This document shows, piece after piece, positions 19,391 to 28,654 of a stretch of DNA of 64,000 nt (its first letter is position 1; every line of letters starts with the position of its first letter). The stretch comes from Actinomycetota bacterium (GTDB lineage: Bacteria; Actinomycetota; JAICYB01), in contig JBBDRJ010000016.1 of the NCBI GenBank assembly GCA_040905525.1, positions 7,004-71,003 of the forward strand, given 5' to 3'. The position numbers and the translations under genes were made by a program. Under the pieces are notes generated by a model that was not told the DNA's origin, searched no databases, and worked only from the letters and a program-made list of their open reading frames with translations.

Positions 19391-21112
19391 TCAGGCTTCG
19401 CCTATGAAGCCTTCGCGTTCGAGGTACAGGATGATCTCCTGCGCCGATTCCTCGGGGGACAGGTCCGCGGTGTCGATCACGATCTCCGCGTCCTCGGGAG
19501 CCTCGTAGGGGTCCGAGATCCCGGTGAACTCCTTGAGCACACCGGCCCTCGCCTTCGCGTACAAACCTTTACGATCACGCTCTTCGCACAGCTCGAGCGA
19601 CGTCGCAACGTGGACGAGGACGAACCCTCCGGCCGGCTCGATCGTCGCCCGCACGTCCTTGCGCACGGAGTCGTACGGCGCGATCGGCGCGCACAACGCG
19701 ATCCCGCCGTTCTTCGTTATCTCCGACGCCACCCAGCCGATCCGCCGGATGTTGATGTCGCGGTGCTCCTTCGAGAACCCGAGCTCGCTCGACAGGTGCT
19801 TCCGCACGAGATCGCCGTCCAGAAGCGTCACCGGGCGGCCGCCCATCTCGAGAAGCTTCACCAGCAAGGCGTTGGCGATCGTCGACTTGCCCGAGCCCGA
19901 GAGTCCGGTGAAGAAGACCGTGAACCCCTGATTGGCGCGCGGCGGATACGAACGTCGCAGCTCCTCCGCGACCTCAGGGAAGGTGAACCAACTGGGGATC
20001 TCCCGGCCCTGCGCCAGGCGCTGCCGCAGCTCGGTTCCCGAGATGTTGAGCGTTCGAGCACCCTCTGGAACCTGATCCACCGGGAAGTACGCATCGCGGT
20101 CCTCGACGAAGACCATCATCTGGAACGGGACCATCCGGACGCCGAGCTCTTCCTCATGCGAACGAAGCAGCTCCTGCGCCTCGTACGGTCCGTAGAACTC
20201 CTTACCGGACGAATCGGAACCCGGTCCGGCGTGATCGCGTCCGACGATGAAGTGTGTGCAGCCGTGATTCTTGCGGATGATCGCGTGCCAGACGGCCTCC
20301 CGCGGACCGCCCATCCGCATCGCCAGCGGCAGCAACGAGAGCGTCGCCGTCCCCTTCGGGTAGTGCCGGCGCAATGCTTCGTAGCAGCGCACGCGCGTGT
20401 AGTGATCGACGTCTCCCGGCTTGGTCATGCCAACAACCGGATGCACGAGCAGGTTGGCACCCGAATCCGTTGCCGCTCGCACGGTCAGCTCGAAATGCGC
20501 GCGGTGCATCGGGTTGCGCGTCTGGAACGCAACGATCTTCCGCCAGCCGAGCCGCGTGAACTCGGCCCGAAGCTCGGCCGGCCTGAGCCGGAGCTCGCGG
20601 TAGTCGTAGTGGGTCGGCGCTTCGGCGCCTTCGAGACGGCCGGAGACGTAAACGGGATTGGTGCGCTGGAGCACGTGAGAAACGCCCGGGTGCTCGGGCG
20701 AACCCGTGCCGTACACCGCCTCGGCCTCGGCTGCACGATCGGGAGTCCAAACGTCCTCGACGTGAAGAGCGGCGAGCATCGTCCCCTCCGGGTCGCGCAA
20801 CGCGACCGACGCACCAGATCCCAAACCGGACGCGAACTCTTCGGTGACGTCGAGCACGACGGGGATCGGCCACAGCGTGCCATCGGCCAGACGCATGTTG
20901 TCCCGGACCGATTCGTAATCGGCTTGGCCCAGGAAACCGTCCAGCGGAGAGAACCCGCCGGACAAAAGAAGCTCGAGGTCGCAGATCTGGCGCTCGCTCA
21001 GGTCCCAGGACGCCCAGTCGCGGGACGCCTTACGGAGCTCGCCGCGACGGTCTTCGTCGACGATCAGGTTTCTCAGGACGCCGCCGTGCGGCGCAATCAG
21101 ATGGTCGGTCAC
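19391..21112 (-). CDS. sat-cysC: Bifunctional sulfate adenylyltransferase (Sat type)/adenylylsulfate kinase
   Basis: FQTRNPMHRAH, VGRDHAG, GLSGSGKST, RDRKGLYAKARAG..FTGISDPYE. Confidence 0.92.
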   Translation of the reverse strand: MTDHLIAPHGGVLRNLIVDEDRRGELRKASRDWASWDLSERQICDLELLLSGGFSPLDGFLGQADYESVRDNMRLADGTLWPIPVVLDVTEEFASGLGSGASVALRDPEGTMLAALHVEDVWTPDRAAEAEAVYGTGSPEHPGVSHVLQRTNPVYVSGRLEGAEAPTHYDYRELRLRPAELRAEFTRLGWRKIVAFQTRNPMHRAHFELTVRAATDSGANLLVHPVVGMTKPGDVDHYTRVRCYEALRRHYPKGTATLSLLPLAMRMGGPREAVWHAIIRKNHGCTHFIVGRDHAGPGSDSSGKEFYGPYEAQELLRSHEEELGVRMVPFQMMVFVEDRDAYFPVDQVPEGARTLNISGTELRQRLAQGREIPSWFTFPEVAEELRRSYPPRANQGFTVFFTGLSGSGKSTIANALLVKLLEMGGRPVTLLDGDLVRKHLSSELGFSKEHRDINIRRIGWVASEITKNGGIALCAPIAPYDSVRKDVRATIEPAGGFVLVHVATSLELCEERDRKGLYAKARAGVLKEFTGISDPYEAPEDAEIVIDTADLSPEESAQEIILYLEREGFIGEA

Positions 21113-21278
21113 GACTCAGATCCCTTTCGATTGAGTGCCTGATTATCGCAAGAGGGGCCCCGGTGGCGCTTCCGAGCCCGATAGACAACGGAGTCGGCCC
21201 CCCGTGAATGTAGTCGCCCCATTAACATTCTGGCTGTGTATGCTAATGGCCAAACAGGAAACATAGCAGGAGGCTGAT

Positions 21279-22790
21279 GTGGCTAATTGGGAGCCCACCG
21301 ACGAGGACGTCATCCGGGTCCTGACGGACCAAAATCCGTGGCAGTCGACCGGTCGGGTGCCAGCCACGTTCGCCCCTCCAATCGAAAGAGAATTGGCTCG
21401 CGGACTCTACCAGCGCGTCCTGGATGCTGATCTGAGCCGCTTCCAGGTCGTCGTCGGCCCAAGGCGCGTTGGCAAAACCACCGCGATGTACCAGACAGTG
21501 AAGCGACTCTTGGGGCAGGGCGTTCCACGCAGGAGTCTCTGGTTCTTCCGGCTAGACCACCCCTTGCTTCTCGACTCGAGTCTGGATCAGTTGGTGCGAG
21601 CGGCAATCGATTTGGCCGGAGCAAGCGAGTCGGAGCCTGCACACCTCTTCTTCGACGAACTTGTGTATGCGAAGGATTGGGATCTCTGGCTGAAAACGTT
21701 TCACGACCAGAACTACCCAATACGCGTGATCGCGACATCCAGCGCAACCGCAGCCTTGGGGCGACGGCGCTTAGAGAGTGGTCTCGGTCGATGGGACGAG
21801 CACATCCTCATGCCGTACCTGTTTACCGAGTTCCTAGACCTTCTGAAAATCGAACCCCACGTGCATTTCGGCAAATCGCTCGCACGCACAATCGAATACA
21901 CCTTTCAGGATCGCCTGGATCTCGGTGACTTGGAAGGGCAAAGGCAGGCCTACCTCTTGACTGGGGGGTTCCCAGAACTGCTGCTCCGTCTCAATAAGGA
22001 CATCGGACCAGACGACTTGGAAACGCGCCTGCTTGAGTCTCAACGTGTACTACGCGGCGACGCGATCGAACGAGCAGTTTACAAGGACATCCCGCAGTCA
22101 TACGCAATTGATGATCCAATGGCCCTTGAACGACTCCTCTATTCACTCGCAGGACAGGTCACGGGAATCATCTCCCCAAGCCGTATGTGCGGCGAGCTTA
22201 GGATTTCACAGCCAACGCTCGATCGCTATATCTCGTACCTCGAACGAGCATTCCTTGTCTTCACGCTTCCCAATTACTCAGGACGTGAAGCAAGTGTGCA
22301 GAAGCGAGGTCGACGGATTTACTTCGTCGACACGGCGCTCCGCAATGCCGCCCTGCAGAGAGGGCTGGCTCCGCTTCGTCGTCCGGAAGAGATGGGTCTG
22401 CTTCTCGAAAACCTTGTTGCTTCTCAGTTACACGTGATGACCCTGAACACGAATCAACGACTGTTCCACTGGCGTGACGGCAGAGATGAGGTCGACCTAG
22501 TTCTTGATGATCCGGAGAGCCCTCTGGCGATCGAGGTGTCGTCGTCTAGTGATCACTCTCGCCATGGCCTCCGCGCTCTGATGGAGCGCCATCCACGTTT
22601 CGCCGGTCATTCCTACTTGGTGTCGCCGGACGTTCCCCTTATGGATCCATCTAGGGGCGGCGGCGTTGGCACTATTCCGCTCGACCTATTCCTCGTACTT
22701 GTGGGACGTCAAGCCCAAGCGGCGATACGACTGCGTTTGGGTGGAATCGACGATTCAAGCGCCCAAGGTGAACTAGATCTTCGCCCTTAG
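21279..22790 (+). CDS. AAA_14-type ATPase with C-terminal DUF4143-like domain
   Basis: Walker A GPRRVGKTT, Walker B LFFDE, LSQPTLDRYISYLE, EVDLVL..AIEV; AGGAGG RBS before GTG. Confidence 0.8.
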   Translation: MANWEPTDEDVIRVLTDQNPWQSTGRVPATFAPPIERELARGLYQRVLDADLSRFQVVVGPRRVGKTTAMYQTVKRLLGQGVPRRSLWFFRLDHPLLLDSSLDQLVRAAIDLAGASESEPAHLFFDELVYAKDWDLWLKTFHDQNYPIRVIATSSATAALGRRRLESGLGRWDEHILMPYLFTEFLDLLKIEPHVHFGKSLARTIEYTFQDRLDLGDLEGQRQAYLLTGGFPELLLRLNKDIGPDDLETRLLESQRVLRGDAIERAVYKDIPQSYAIDDPMALERLLYSLAGQVTGIISPSRMCGELRISQPTLDRYISYLERAFLVFTLPNYSGREASVQKRGRRIYFVDTALRNAALQRGLAPLRRPEEMGLLLENLVASQLHVMTLNTNQRLFHWRDGRDEVDLVLDDPESPLAIEVSSSSDHSRHGLRALMERHPRFAGHSYLVSPDVPLMDPSRGGGVGTIPLDLFLVLVGRQAQAAIRLRLGGIDDSSAQGELDLRP

Positions 22791-23600
22791 CGCCGTCGCG
22801 GAACCGTCGGCACTACTAGCATCGACGCCGTTGCCGTTCCCAATCGAGTGGATGCCGCACTCGGCCTTGTCGAATCCGTCCCAGCGTCCCGAGCGTTCGT
22901 CCTCGCCGTTGGCCACGGGCTTGGTGCACGGCGCGCAACCGATGGACAGGTAGCCCTCGTCGTAGAGCGGGTGACGCGGCAGATCGTGCTGCTTCGAGTA
23001 CTCCTCTACCTGCGCGCGCGTCCAGAAGGCCTGAGGGTTGACCTTCCAGATCTTGCGTCCCGACGTGAGCTCTTGGATCTCGAAGATCTCCGTGTTCGTC
23101 CTCGACGGTGACTGGTCGCGGCGCACACCGGTGACCCACCCGCCGAGCTCGTCGAGTGCCGCTTCCATCGGCAGCACCTTGTTGAGCTGGCAGCACTGGT
23201 CGGGGTCGACGCGGTACAGCTCGGGATGGATCTCGCGCGCCTGACGCTCCGGGCCGAGTGTGGGGGTCGTCTGGAGAAGCTCGAGCTTCCAGTCCTCAAC
23301 GAGCCGGTCGCGGAACGCGAGTGTCTCAGGGAAATGGAAGCCGGTCTCGAGGAACAGCACGCGCACGGGATCCACGACATCGCGCGCGATGTGGATGTTG
23401 ATCAGGCCGCCGAGCTGGAAGCTCGTGCCGATCGCCAGGTTCGGGATGTACTCGAACGCCCACGCGAGGATCTCCTCGGGATGCGCGTCGCGGAACCGCG
23501 TGCTCAGCTCGTGAAGGTCACCCGGATCCGGGTGAAGCTCAGCGAGCGGTAGTAGCGATTCTTTGGTGGAATCGCTCACGTTCCTCGTCACGATCGTCAT
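22773..23600 (-). CDS. cysH: APS/PAPS reductase with 4Fe-4S motifs (APS reductase type)
   Basis: ETGFHFPET, CCQLNK, TGVRRDQ, SIGCAPCT, ECGIH. Confidence 0.9.
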   Translation of the reverse strand: MTIVTRNVSDSTKESLLPLAELHPDPGDLHELSTRFRDAHPEEILAWAFEYIPNLAIGTSFQLGGLINIHIARDVVDPVRVLFLETGFHFPETLAFRDRLVEDWKLELLQTTPTLGPERQAREIHPELYRVDPDQCCQLNKVLPMEAALDELGGWVTGVRRDQSPSRTNTEIFEIQELTSGRKIWKVNPQAFWTRAQVEEYSKQHDLPRHPLYDEGYLSIGCAPCTKPVANGEDERSGRWDGFDKAECGIHSIGNGNGVDASSADGSATALRAKI

Positions 23601-25338
23601 TGGGACGGATGTCCTCCTCTGCGACGGGCTTGGGCCCGACGCGCTCGAGTCCTTTAGCTGCTTCTTGCGCCAATGCGTTGACCTTCTTGGGGTCGAGTGA
23701 GGTGATCCACTCACCGAAGCTTCGATGCCCGTTGCGTTGCGATTGGTACAGACGGATCACGCGCTCGGCGAACGACGAAAGCTCGTCGGCGCGCAAACGC
23801 AGACCCCGGACCTTCTGACCGAAGGCGCGCGGCTCTCCGAGGTGACCACCGAGGTGCACGTTGAACCCCTCGAGGCGGTCGACCTCGCCGTTGCCGTTCA
23901 CCTTCTCGGTGACCAAGACGCCCATGAACCCGAGGTCCGCGAGCTGGTAGCGCGCGCATGAGTTCGGGCAACCATTCACGTTGATGCGGATCGGCTCGTC
24001 GAAATCTGGAAGGCGCTTCTCGAGGTCGCCGTACAGCCACTCGGCCCGGGCTTTGGTCTCGACGATCGACAGCTTGCAGAACTCGATGCCCGTGCAGGCC
24101 ATCATCCCGTTGCGGAAAGCCGATGCGAACACGGGGAAGCCGAGGTCGTCGAGGGAGTCCATGGTCGCCGCGAGGCGCTCGTCGGGGATGTCGAGCAGCA
24201 CCATCTTCTGTAGCGGCGTGGCGCGAAGACGTCCCTGACCTTCGGCGTCGGCGAGGTCGGCGAGTGCGTTGAGCTCCGTACCGGTGATGCGGCCGTTGCG
24301 CAACGCGAATCCGAGGTAGTTCTGTCCGTCCTTCTGACGGCCCACGCCGGTGTGGTCGCGGTGAACGTTGGACGAGGGCTTGGCCATCGGTCCGTCGGCG
24401 AGCTGGTAGCCGAGGTATTTCTCCTCGAGCACCCGGCGGAACAGGTCGGGTCCCCACTCGGCCATCAGGAACTTGAGCCGGGCCTTGTTGCGTGAACGTC
24501 GGTACCCGTAGTCGCGGAAGATCGAAGTCACTCCGACGAAGGTCTCGACGACCTGTTCGGGCTTGACGAAAACGCCGAGACGCTGGGCGAAGTGCGGCGT
24601 CGAGGACAAACCGCCGCCGACCCACAGATCGAAGCCCTTAGTTCCGTCGTCCAGCTCGTTGCCCACGTACGAGACATCGTTGGCCTCGTGCACGGCGCAT
24701 TGGTGACGGCAACCCGTGATGGACGGCTTGTACTTGCGTGGGAGGTTCGAGAACTCGGGATCGCCGACGATCCGCTCGTTGCACTCGAGGACGAGCTCTG
24801 TGCCGTCGATGATCTCGTCGGCGTCCACACCGGCCAGCGGGCAACCGAGGATGTTGCGTGGCGTGTCCCCGCATGCTTCCGTCGTTTGAAGTCCGACGGC
24901 TTCCAGCCGCTCCCAGATCTCGGGGACGTCGGTCAGCCGGATCCAATGGAGCTGGATGTTCTGGCGGTCGGTGATGTCGGCGACGTCGCGACCGAACTCC
25001 TTCGAGATGTTGCCGATGGCTCGCGTCTGGTCCGAAGTAAGGACGCCGCCCGGGATACGGATGCGCCACATGAAGTAGCCGTCCTCCTCGGGACGCTGCG
25101 TGTACAGGCCGTACCAACGGAAGCGGGAACGCAAGTCGGCGACGAAGATGTTGTCGACGCTCGAGATCTCTCCGCGCTTCCACTGCTCGGCGTAGGAGAA
25201 GATGCGGTCCTTGACGTTCAGCGGGTTGTCGTCCCGCTTCATCTGCTCGGCAGCGTTCAGAGGCTCGCGGTAGCCCATACCCCATTGGCCTTCGCTGCCG
25301 CGCTTGGGACGCGGGATGTTGAGCGGTTCGCCGTTCAT
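23539..25338 (-). CDS. sir: Ferredoxin-dependent sulfite (or nitrite) reductase, siroheme/4Fe-4S
   Basis: RWYGLYTQR, TDRQNIQ, CGDTPRN, ACTGIEFCK, NGCPNSCA; cys gene context. Confidence 0.88.
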   Translation of the reverse strand: MNGEPLNIPRPKRGSEGQWGMGYREPLNAAEQMKRDDNPLNVKDRIFSYAEQWKRGEISSVDNIFVADLRSRFRWYGLYTQRPEEDGYFMWRIRIPGGVLTSDQTRAIGNISKEFGRDVADITDRQNIQLHWIRLTDVPEIWERLEAVGLQTTEACGDTPRNILGCPLAGVDADEIIDGTELVLECNERIVGDPEFSNLPRKYKPSITGCRHQCAVHEANDVSYVGNELDDGTKGFDLWVGGGLSSTPHFAQRLGVFVKPEQVVETFVGVTSIFRDYGYRRSRNKARLKFLMAEWGPDLFRRVLEEKYLGYQLADGPMAKPSSNVHRDHTGVGRQKDGQNYLGFALRNGRITGTELNALADLADAEGQGRLRATPLQKMVLLDIPDERLAATMDSLDDLGFPVFASAFRNGMMACTGIEFCKLSIVETKARAEWLYGDLEKRLPDFDEPIRINVNGCPNSCARYQLADLGFMGVLVTEKVNGNGEVDRLEGFNVHLGGHLGEPRAFGQKVRGLRLRADELSSFAERVIRLYQSQRNGHRSFGEWITSLDPKKVNALAQEAAKGLERVGPKPVAEEDIRPNDDRDEERERFHQRIATTAR

Positions 25339-25348
25339 GAGATTGGCA

Positions 25349-25810
25349 TCAGATCTGGAAGACGAGGTAGGAGGTTCGGTCGAGCTCGTCTTGGCGCTTG
25401 ATGAGGTCGGCGAGCGTGACGCTCGCGAGGCGGTCGCGGATGGTGATCTGGACGTCCAGCCACAGCTCCTGGATGGCGGAGTGCGCCTGGGCCCGGGCGG
25501 CGTCGTCGAAGGGGTCGAGGCAGGCCTGGGTCACGACCGGGCCCTCGGCCACGTCGACGACCTCGCTCACGGTGAGCGTGGCTGGGTCCCGCACCAGCCG
25601 AACACCGCCGCAGGCGCCGCGCTGGCTGGAGATGAATCCGGCGCGGCGCAGGTCGGCCAGGATCTGCTCGCAGAAGCGCTCGGGGATGCGCTGAGCGGCA
25701 GCTATCTCCCGATTGGGCACGGGTGCCGGCTCGCCGTCGGCCTCGCCGGCCCGGCGGCCGAGCTCCAGCAGGGCCCGCAGGGCGTACTCCGTGCGCTGGG
25801 AAAACTTCAT
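25349..25810 (-). CDS. Rrf2 family transcriptional regulator (CymR-like by context)
   Basis: MKFSQRTEYALRALLEL, LRRAGFISSQRGA.GG; lacks the full IscR three-Cys set. Confidence 0.88.
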   Translation of the reverse strand: MKFSQRTEYALRALLELGRRAGEADGEPAPVPNREIAAAQRIPERFCEQILADLRRAGFISSQRGACGGVRLVRDPATLTVSEVVDVAEGPVVTQACLDPFDDAARAQAHSAIQELWLDVQITIRDRLASVTLADLIKRQDELDRTSYLVFQI

Positions 25811-25826
25811 CTTCACTCCAGTCCTG

Positions 25827-25882
25827 GGTAGGGATATAATTACCCATAGCTTACTGGGATTTCAACTGGACAAATCCCTACC
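25827..25882. promoter_or_regulatory. Nested inverted repeats in the divergent Rrf2/DsrE promoter region (candidate Rrf2 operators)
   Basis: GGTAGGGAT(25827-35)/ATCCCTACC(25874-82) and GGGATTT(25856-62)/AAATCCC(25872-78) in an AT-rich spacer. Confidence 0.45.
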
Positions 25883-25920
25883 GGTTTCCTAGGATATCGG
25901 TCCAGTCAGGAGAAGGTGTA

Positions 25921-26460
25921 ATGAGCGACCAGATCAGCGCGCCGAACGGCCCGAACGGGCACCACGCCGAAGCCAACGGCGGAGGCGCAAAGAAGATGAC
26001 GATCATCGCCTGGTCGGGCGAGCTCGACAAGGTTTGGCCAACGCTGATCCTGGCCACCACCGCTGCCGCCTCAGGCATGGAGGTGGCCGTCTTCTTCACC
26101 TTCTGGGGCCTGCGGATCCTTCAAAAGAACGACAAGCGTGTCACGGGCAAGGGCTTCAAACAGAAGATGCTCTCGATCTTCAACCGCGGCGGCACCGAGC
26201 ACCTCGGTCTGTCCAAGCTGAACATGGGCGGGATGGGGCCGATGATGATGCGCCAGCTCGCCAAGGAATACAAGGTCGCCGAGCCTCAGGAGCTGCTCGA
26301 GATGGCCCAGCAGCTCGGTGTGAAGCTCTGGCCGTGCCAGATGACTATGGATCTGATGGGCCTGAAGCGCGAGGACATGATCGACGGCCTGGACGAGACG
26401 GTGGGAGCCGCGACCGCGCTTCAGCGGATGTCGGAGTCGGACATCCAGCTCTTCATTTAA
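25921..26460 (+). CDS. DsrE/DsrF/DrsH-like (DrsE_2) sulfur-relay family protein
   Basis: AAASGMEVAVFFTFWGL, LSKLNMGGMG, WPCQMTMDLMG. Confidence 0.85.
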   Translation: MSDQISAPNGPNGHHAEANGGGAKKMTIIAWSGELDKVWPTLILATTAAASGMEVAVFFTFWGLRILQKNDKRVTGKGFKQKMLSIFNRGGTEHLGLSKLNMGGMGPMMMRQLAKEYKVAEPQELLEMAQQLGVKLWPCQMTMDLMGLKREDMIDGLDETVGAATALQRMSESDIQLFI

Positions 26461-26512
26461 TTACAGGGGGCGCGCTACGCGCGATTAATTACAGGGGCGC
26501 GCTACGCGCGAT
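26457..26512. repeat. Two near-identical 28-29 bp direct repeats, each with a CGCGC-TAC-GCGCG palindrome
   Basis: TTAATTACAGGGG(G)CGCGCTACGCGCGAT x2, differing by one G. Confidence 0.85.
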
Positions 26513-26544
26513 CCTGAGAAACAGAACTCTCGGGGGAGAGAAGT

Positions 26545-26572
26545 AGAAGGGGCCGGCGAACCGGCCCCTTCT
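26545..26572. terminator. Hairpin terminator between the convergent DsrE and GYD genes
   Basis: AGAAGGGGCCGG-CGAA-CCGGCCCCTTCT perfect 12-bp stem. Confidence 0.8.
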
Positions 26573-26594
26573 GCATTTCTACAGCGCCCCCGAA

Positions 26595-26921
26595 CTACGT
26601 GCCCGGCGGTTTGTAGCCAACCTTCTCGGACTTCTTCGCGGCGTCGTCCATCTCCTCCGGAGTGAGGAGGACGACCGTACGCGAACTTACCCCCCCGCTC
26701 GCCGAGACGACGAGACTTGCCGCGGCCGCTGACGCGTGGTCGGGCACGTCGATGATGACGTACACATCGTCGCTACCGAACCCGAAATAGAAGGACTCGA
26801 CCTTTCCTCCCAAGTCCTTGGCCATCATCTCGACCGTCTTACGCCGCTTGGATCCTCCGTCCTCGAGGAGCCCCTTGGCCCCCTGGGCGGTGTAACTGGC
26901 GATCAGCAGGTACTTCGGCAT
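26595..26921 (-). CDS. GYD domain protein
   Basis: MPKYLLIASYT..G, LGGKVESFYFGFGSDD, TVVLLTPEEMD. Confidence 0.85.
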   Translation of the reverse strand: MPKYLLIASYTAQGAKGLLEDGGSKRRKTVEMMAKDLGGKVESFYFGFGSDDVYVIIDVPDHASAAAASLVVSASGGVSSRTVVLLTPEEMDDAAKKSEKVGYKPPGT

Positions 26922-27005
26922 CAATCACCTCCTACGACGAGAAGACATCAAGATTCGGATGCGCCAACTATCCAACACCCCGGCGCAAGGGGGGAGAGGC
27001 CGTGA

Positions 27006-27281
27006 CTATCCGCCGGCTACCGCGGGAATGATCGACACCTGTTCCCCTTCGGGGATCTCGGTGTCCAACCCTTTCAGGAAGCGGATGTCTTCTTCGCCTA
27101 CGTACACGTTCACGAATCGACGTAGCTCGCCGGCGTCGTCGCACATCCGCTCCTTGAACCCGGGAAATTGCTTCTCCAGGTCGTCGACGACGGCGCGGAT
27201 GGTCGACCCCGCGGCATCGACCTCGGCCTGCTCCTTGGTCAGCTTGCGCAGTGGAGTCGGGATCCGGACCTTGACGCTCAA
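27006..27281 (-). CDS. MoaD/ThiS/CysO-like ubiquitin-fold sulfur carrier
   Basis: VRIPTPLR, RRFVNVYV..EDIRFL.GLDT, C-terminal PAVAGG. Confidence 0.92.
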   Translation of the reverse strand: MSVKVRIPTPLRKLTKEQAEVDAAGSTIRAVVDDLEKQFPGFKERMCDDAGELRRFVNVYVGEEDIRFLKGLDTEIPEGEQVSIIPAVAGG

Positions 27282-28552
27282 TCCTTCTCCTTTCGGGCTG
27301 AACCTCGGCCGTTCGGGATGAGTCCCAGCTCGACCTTGTCCTCGAACTCATCGAGGGACGGTGTGATCGTAACCGCCGGGCCGGCGCGATCGGCTACGGC
27401 CTCGATGGTCTTCAATCCCATCCCCGTGATCAGCGCGACAACACGCTCACCGGGCGAGAACACGCCGGCTTGCGCCAGCTTCGCCAGCACACCGACGGTT
27501 ACTCCACCGGCCGTCTCGGTGAAGATCCCTTCCGTGCGCGCGAGAAGCAGGATCGACTGGACGATCTCCTCCTCGGTGACCGTGTCTGCCCGGCCCCCGG
27601 TCTCGCGGATCGCCTGCAATGCGTAAGGACCGTCGGCCGGGTTCCCGATGGCGATCGACTTCGCGATCGTGTCCGGCTTCTGCGGACGGACGTGGTCCAC
27701 GCCCTCTGCGAAGGCCTGCGCCACCGGAGAGCATCCGAGCGCCTGTGCGCCGTGCACCTTGGTGTGCGGCGCGGCGGGCATCAGTCTCACCTTGTCGAGC
27801 TCGTCCAGACCCTTGCGTACCTTCACGAGCTGCGAGCCGGAACCGATCGGAACGACGATGTGGTCGGGATACTTCCATCCCAGTTGCTCTACAACCTCGA
27901 AGGCCAAGGTCTTCGAGCCTTCTGAATAGAAGGGCCGGATGTTGGTATTTACGAAGGCCCAGGGATAGGAGTCGGCCACCTCGGCGCAGAGTCGATTCAC
28001 TTCATCGTAGTTGCCCTTGATCGCCACGATCGTCGCGCCGTACACCGAAGTCGTGATGATCTTTCCGGCCTCGAGGTCGGCGGGCATGAACACAACCGCA
28101 GGCATCCCGGCCTTGGCGGCATGTGCAGCCACGGAGTTCCCGAGATTGCCCGTAGTGCCGGCCGCGGCCACGCGAAGCCCGAACTCGCGAGCCTTCGTCA
28201 ACCCGACCGACACCACGCGGTCCTTGAAGGAGTAGGTCGGATTGACGGTGTCGTTCTTCAGCCACAGGTCGCTGATACCGAGCTCGGCTCCCAGGCGCGG
28301 GGCGGGCACAAGCGGTGTGAACCCAGCCCCGAGATCGACGCGCGGCGTCGACTCGGCGACGGGCAGGAGATCCACGTAGCGCCAGATCGAGCGCGGACCC
28401 GCCGCGATCTGCTCGCGGCTGATCGCTGCGTCGATGGCGGCGTAGTCGTAGTCGGCCTCCAGGGGGCCGAAACAGAATTCGCAGACGTGTATGGGCGCGA
28501 CGTCGTAGGTCCGACCGCACTCCCTGCACTTGAGCTTGTCGATCTGCGCCAA
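27278..28552 (-). CDS. thrC: Threonine synthase-like PLP enzyme with N-terminal zinc ribbon
   Basis: CRECG...CEFCFGP, NPTYSFKDR (PLP Lys), TIAKSIAIGNPADG, EGIFTETAGG; TTGA overlap with the carrier gene. Confidence 0.8.
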   Translation of the reverse strand: MAQIDKLKCRECGRTYDVAPIHVCEFCFGPLEADYDYAAIDAAISREQIAAGPRSIWRYVDLLPVAESTPRVDLGAGFTPLVPAPRLGAELGISDLWLKNDTVNPTYSFKDRVVSVGLTKAREFGLRVAAAGTTGNLGNSVAAHAAKAGMPAVVFMPADLEAGKIITTSVYGATIVAIKGNYDEVNRLCAEVADSYPWAFVNTNIRPFYSEGSKTLAFEVVEQLGWKYPDHIVVPIGSGSQLVKVRKGLDELDKVRLMPAAPHTKVHGAQALGCSPVAQAFAEGVDHVRPQKPDTIAKSIAIGNPADGPYALQAIRETGGRADTVTEEEIVQSILLLARTEGIFTETAGGVTVGVLAKLAQAGVFSPGERVVALITGMGLKTIEAVADRAGPAVTITPSLDEFEDKVELGLIPNGRGSARKEKD

Positions 28553-28602
28553 CTAATTCCTCCTAACGCCTCCGGCTTCGCCTTCGGCGCGGCACGGAGC
28601 CG

Positions 28603-28637
28603 AAAAACAAAAACCCCCGCCGACTAAGCGACGGGGG
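28603..28637 (-). terminator. Intrinsic terminator (riboswitch expression platform)
   Basis: Minus strand CCCCCGTCG-CTTAGT-CGGCGGGGG-TTTTTGTTTTT. Confidence 0.85.
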
Positions 28638-28654
28638 CGCTCTTCGCGCTCCTA

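Noticed and set aside
19388-19393. TGATCA back-to-back stop codons as a regulatory site
   Set aside because: Simply two convergent genes abutting; no further structure.
26457-26512. CRISPR array
   Set aside because: Only two adjacent copies, no spacer and no cas genes.
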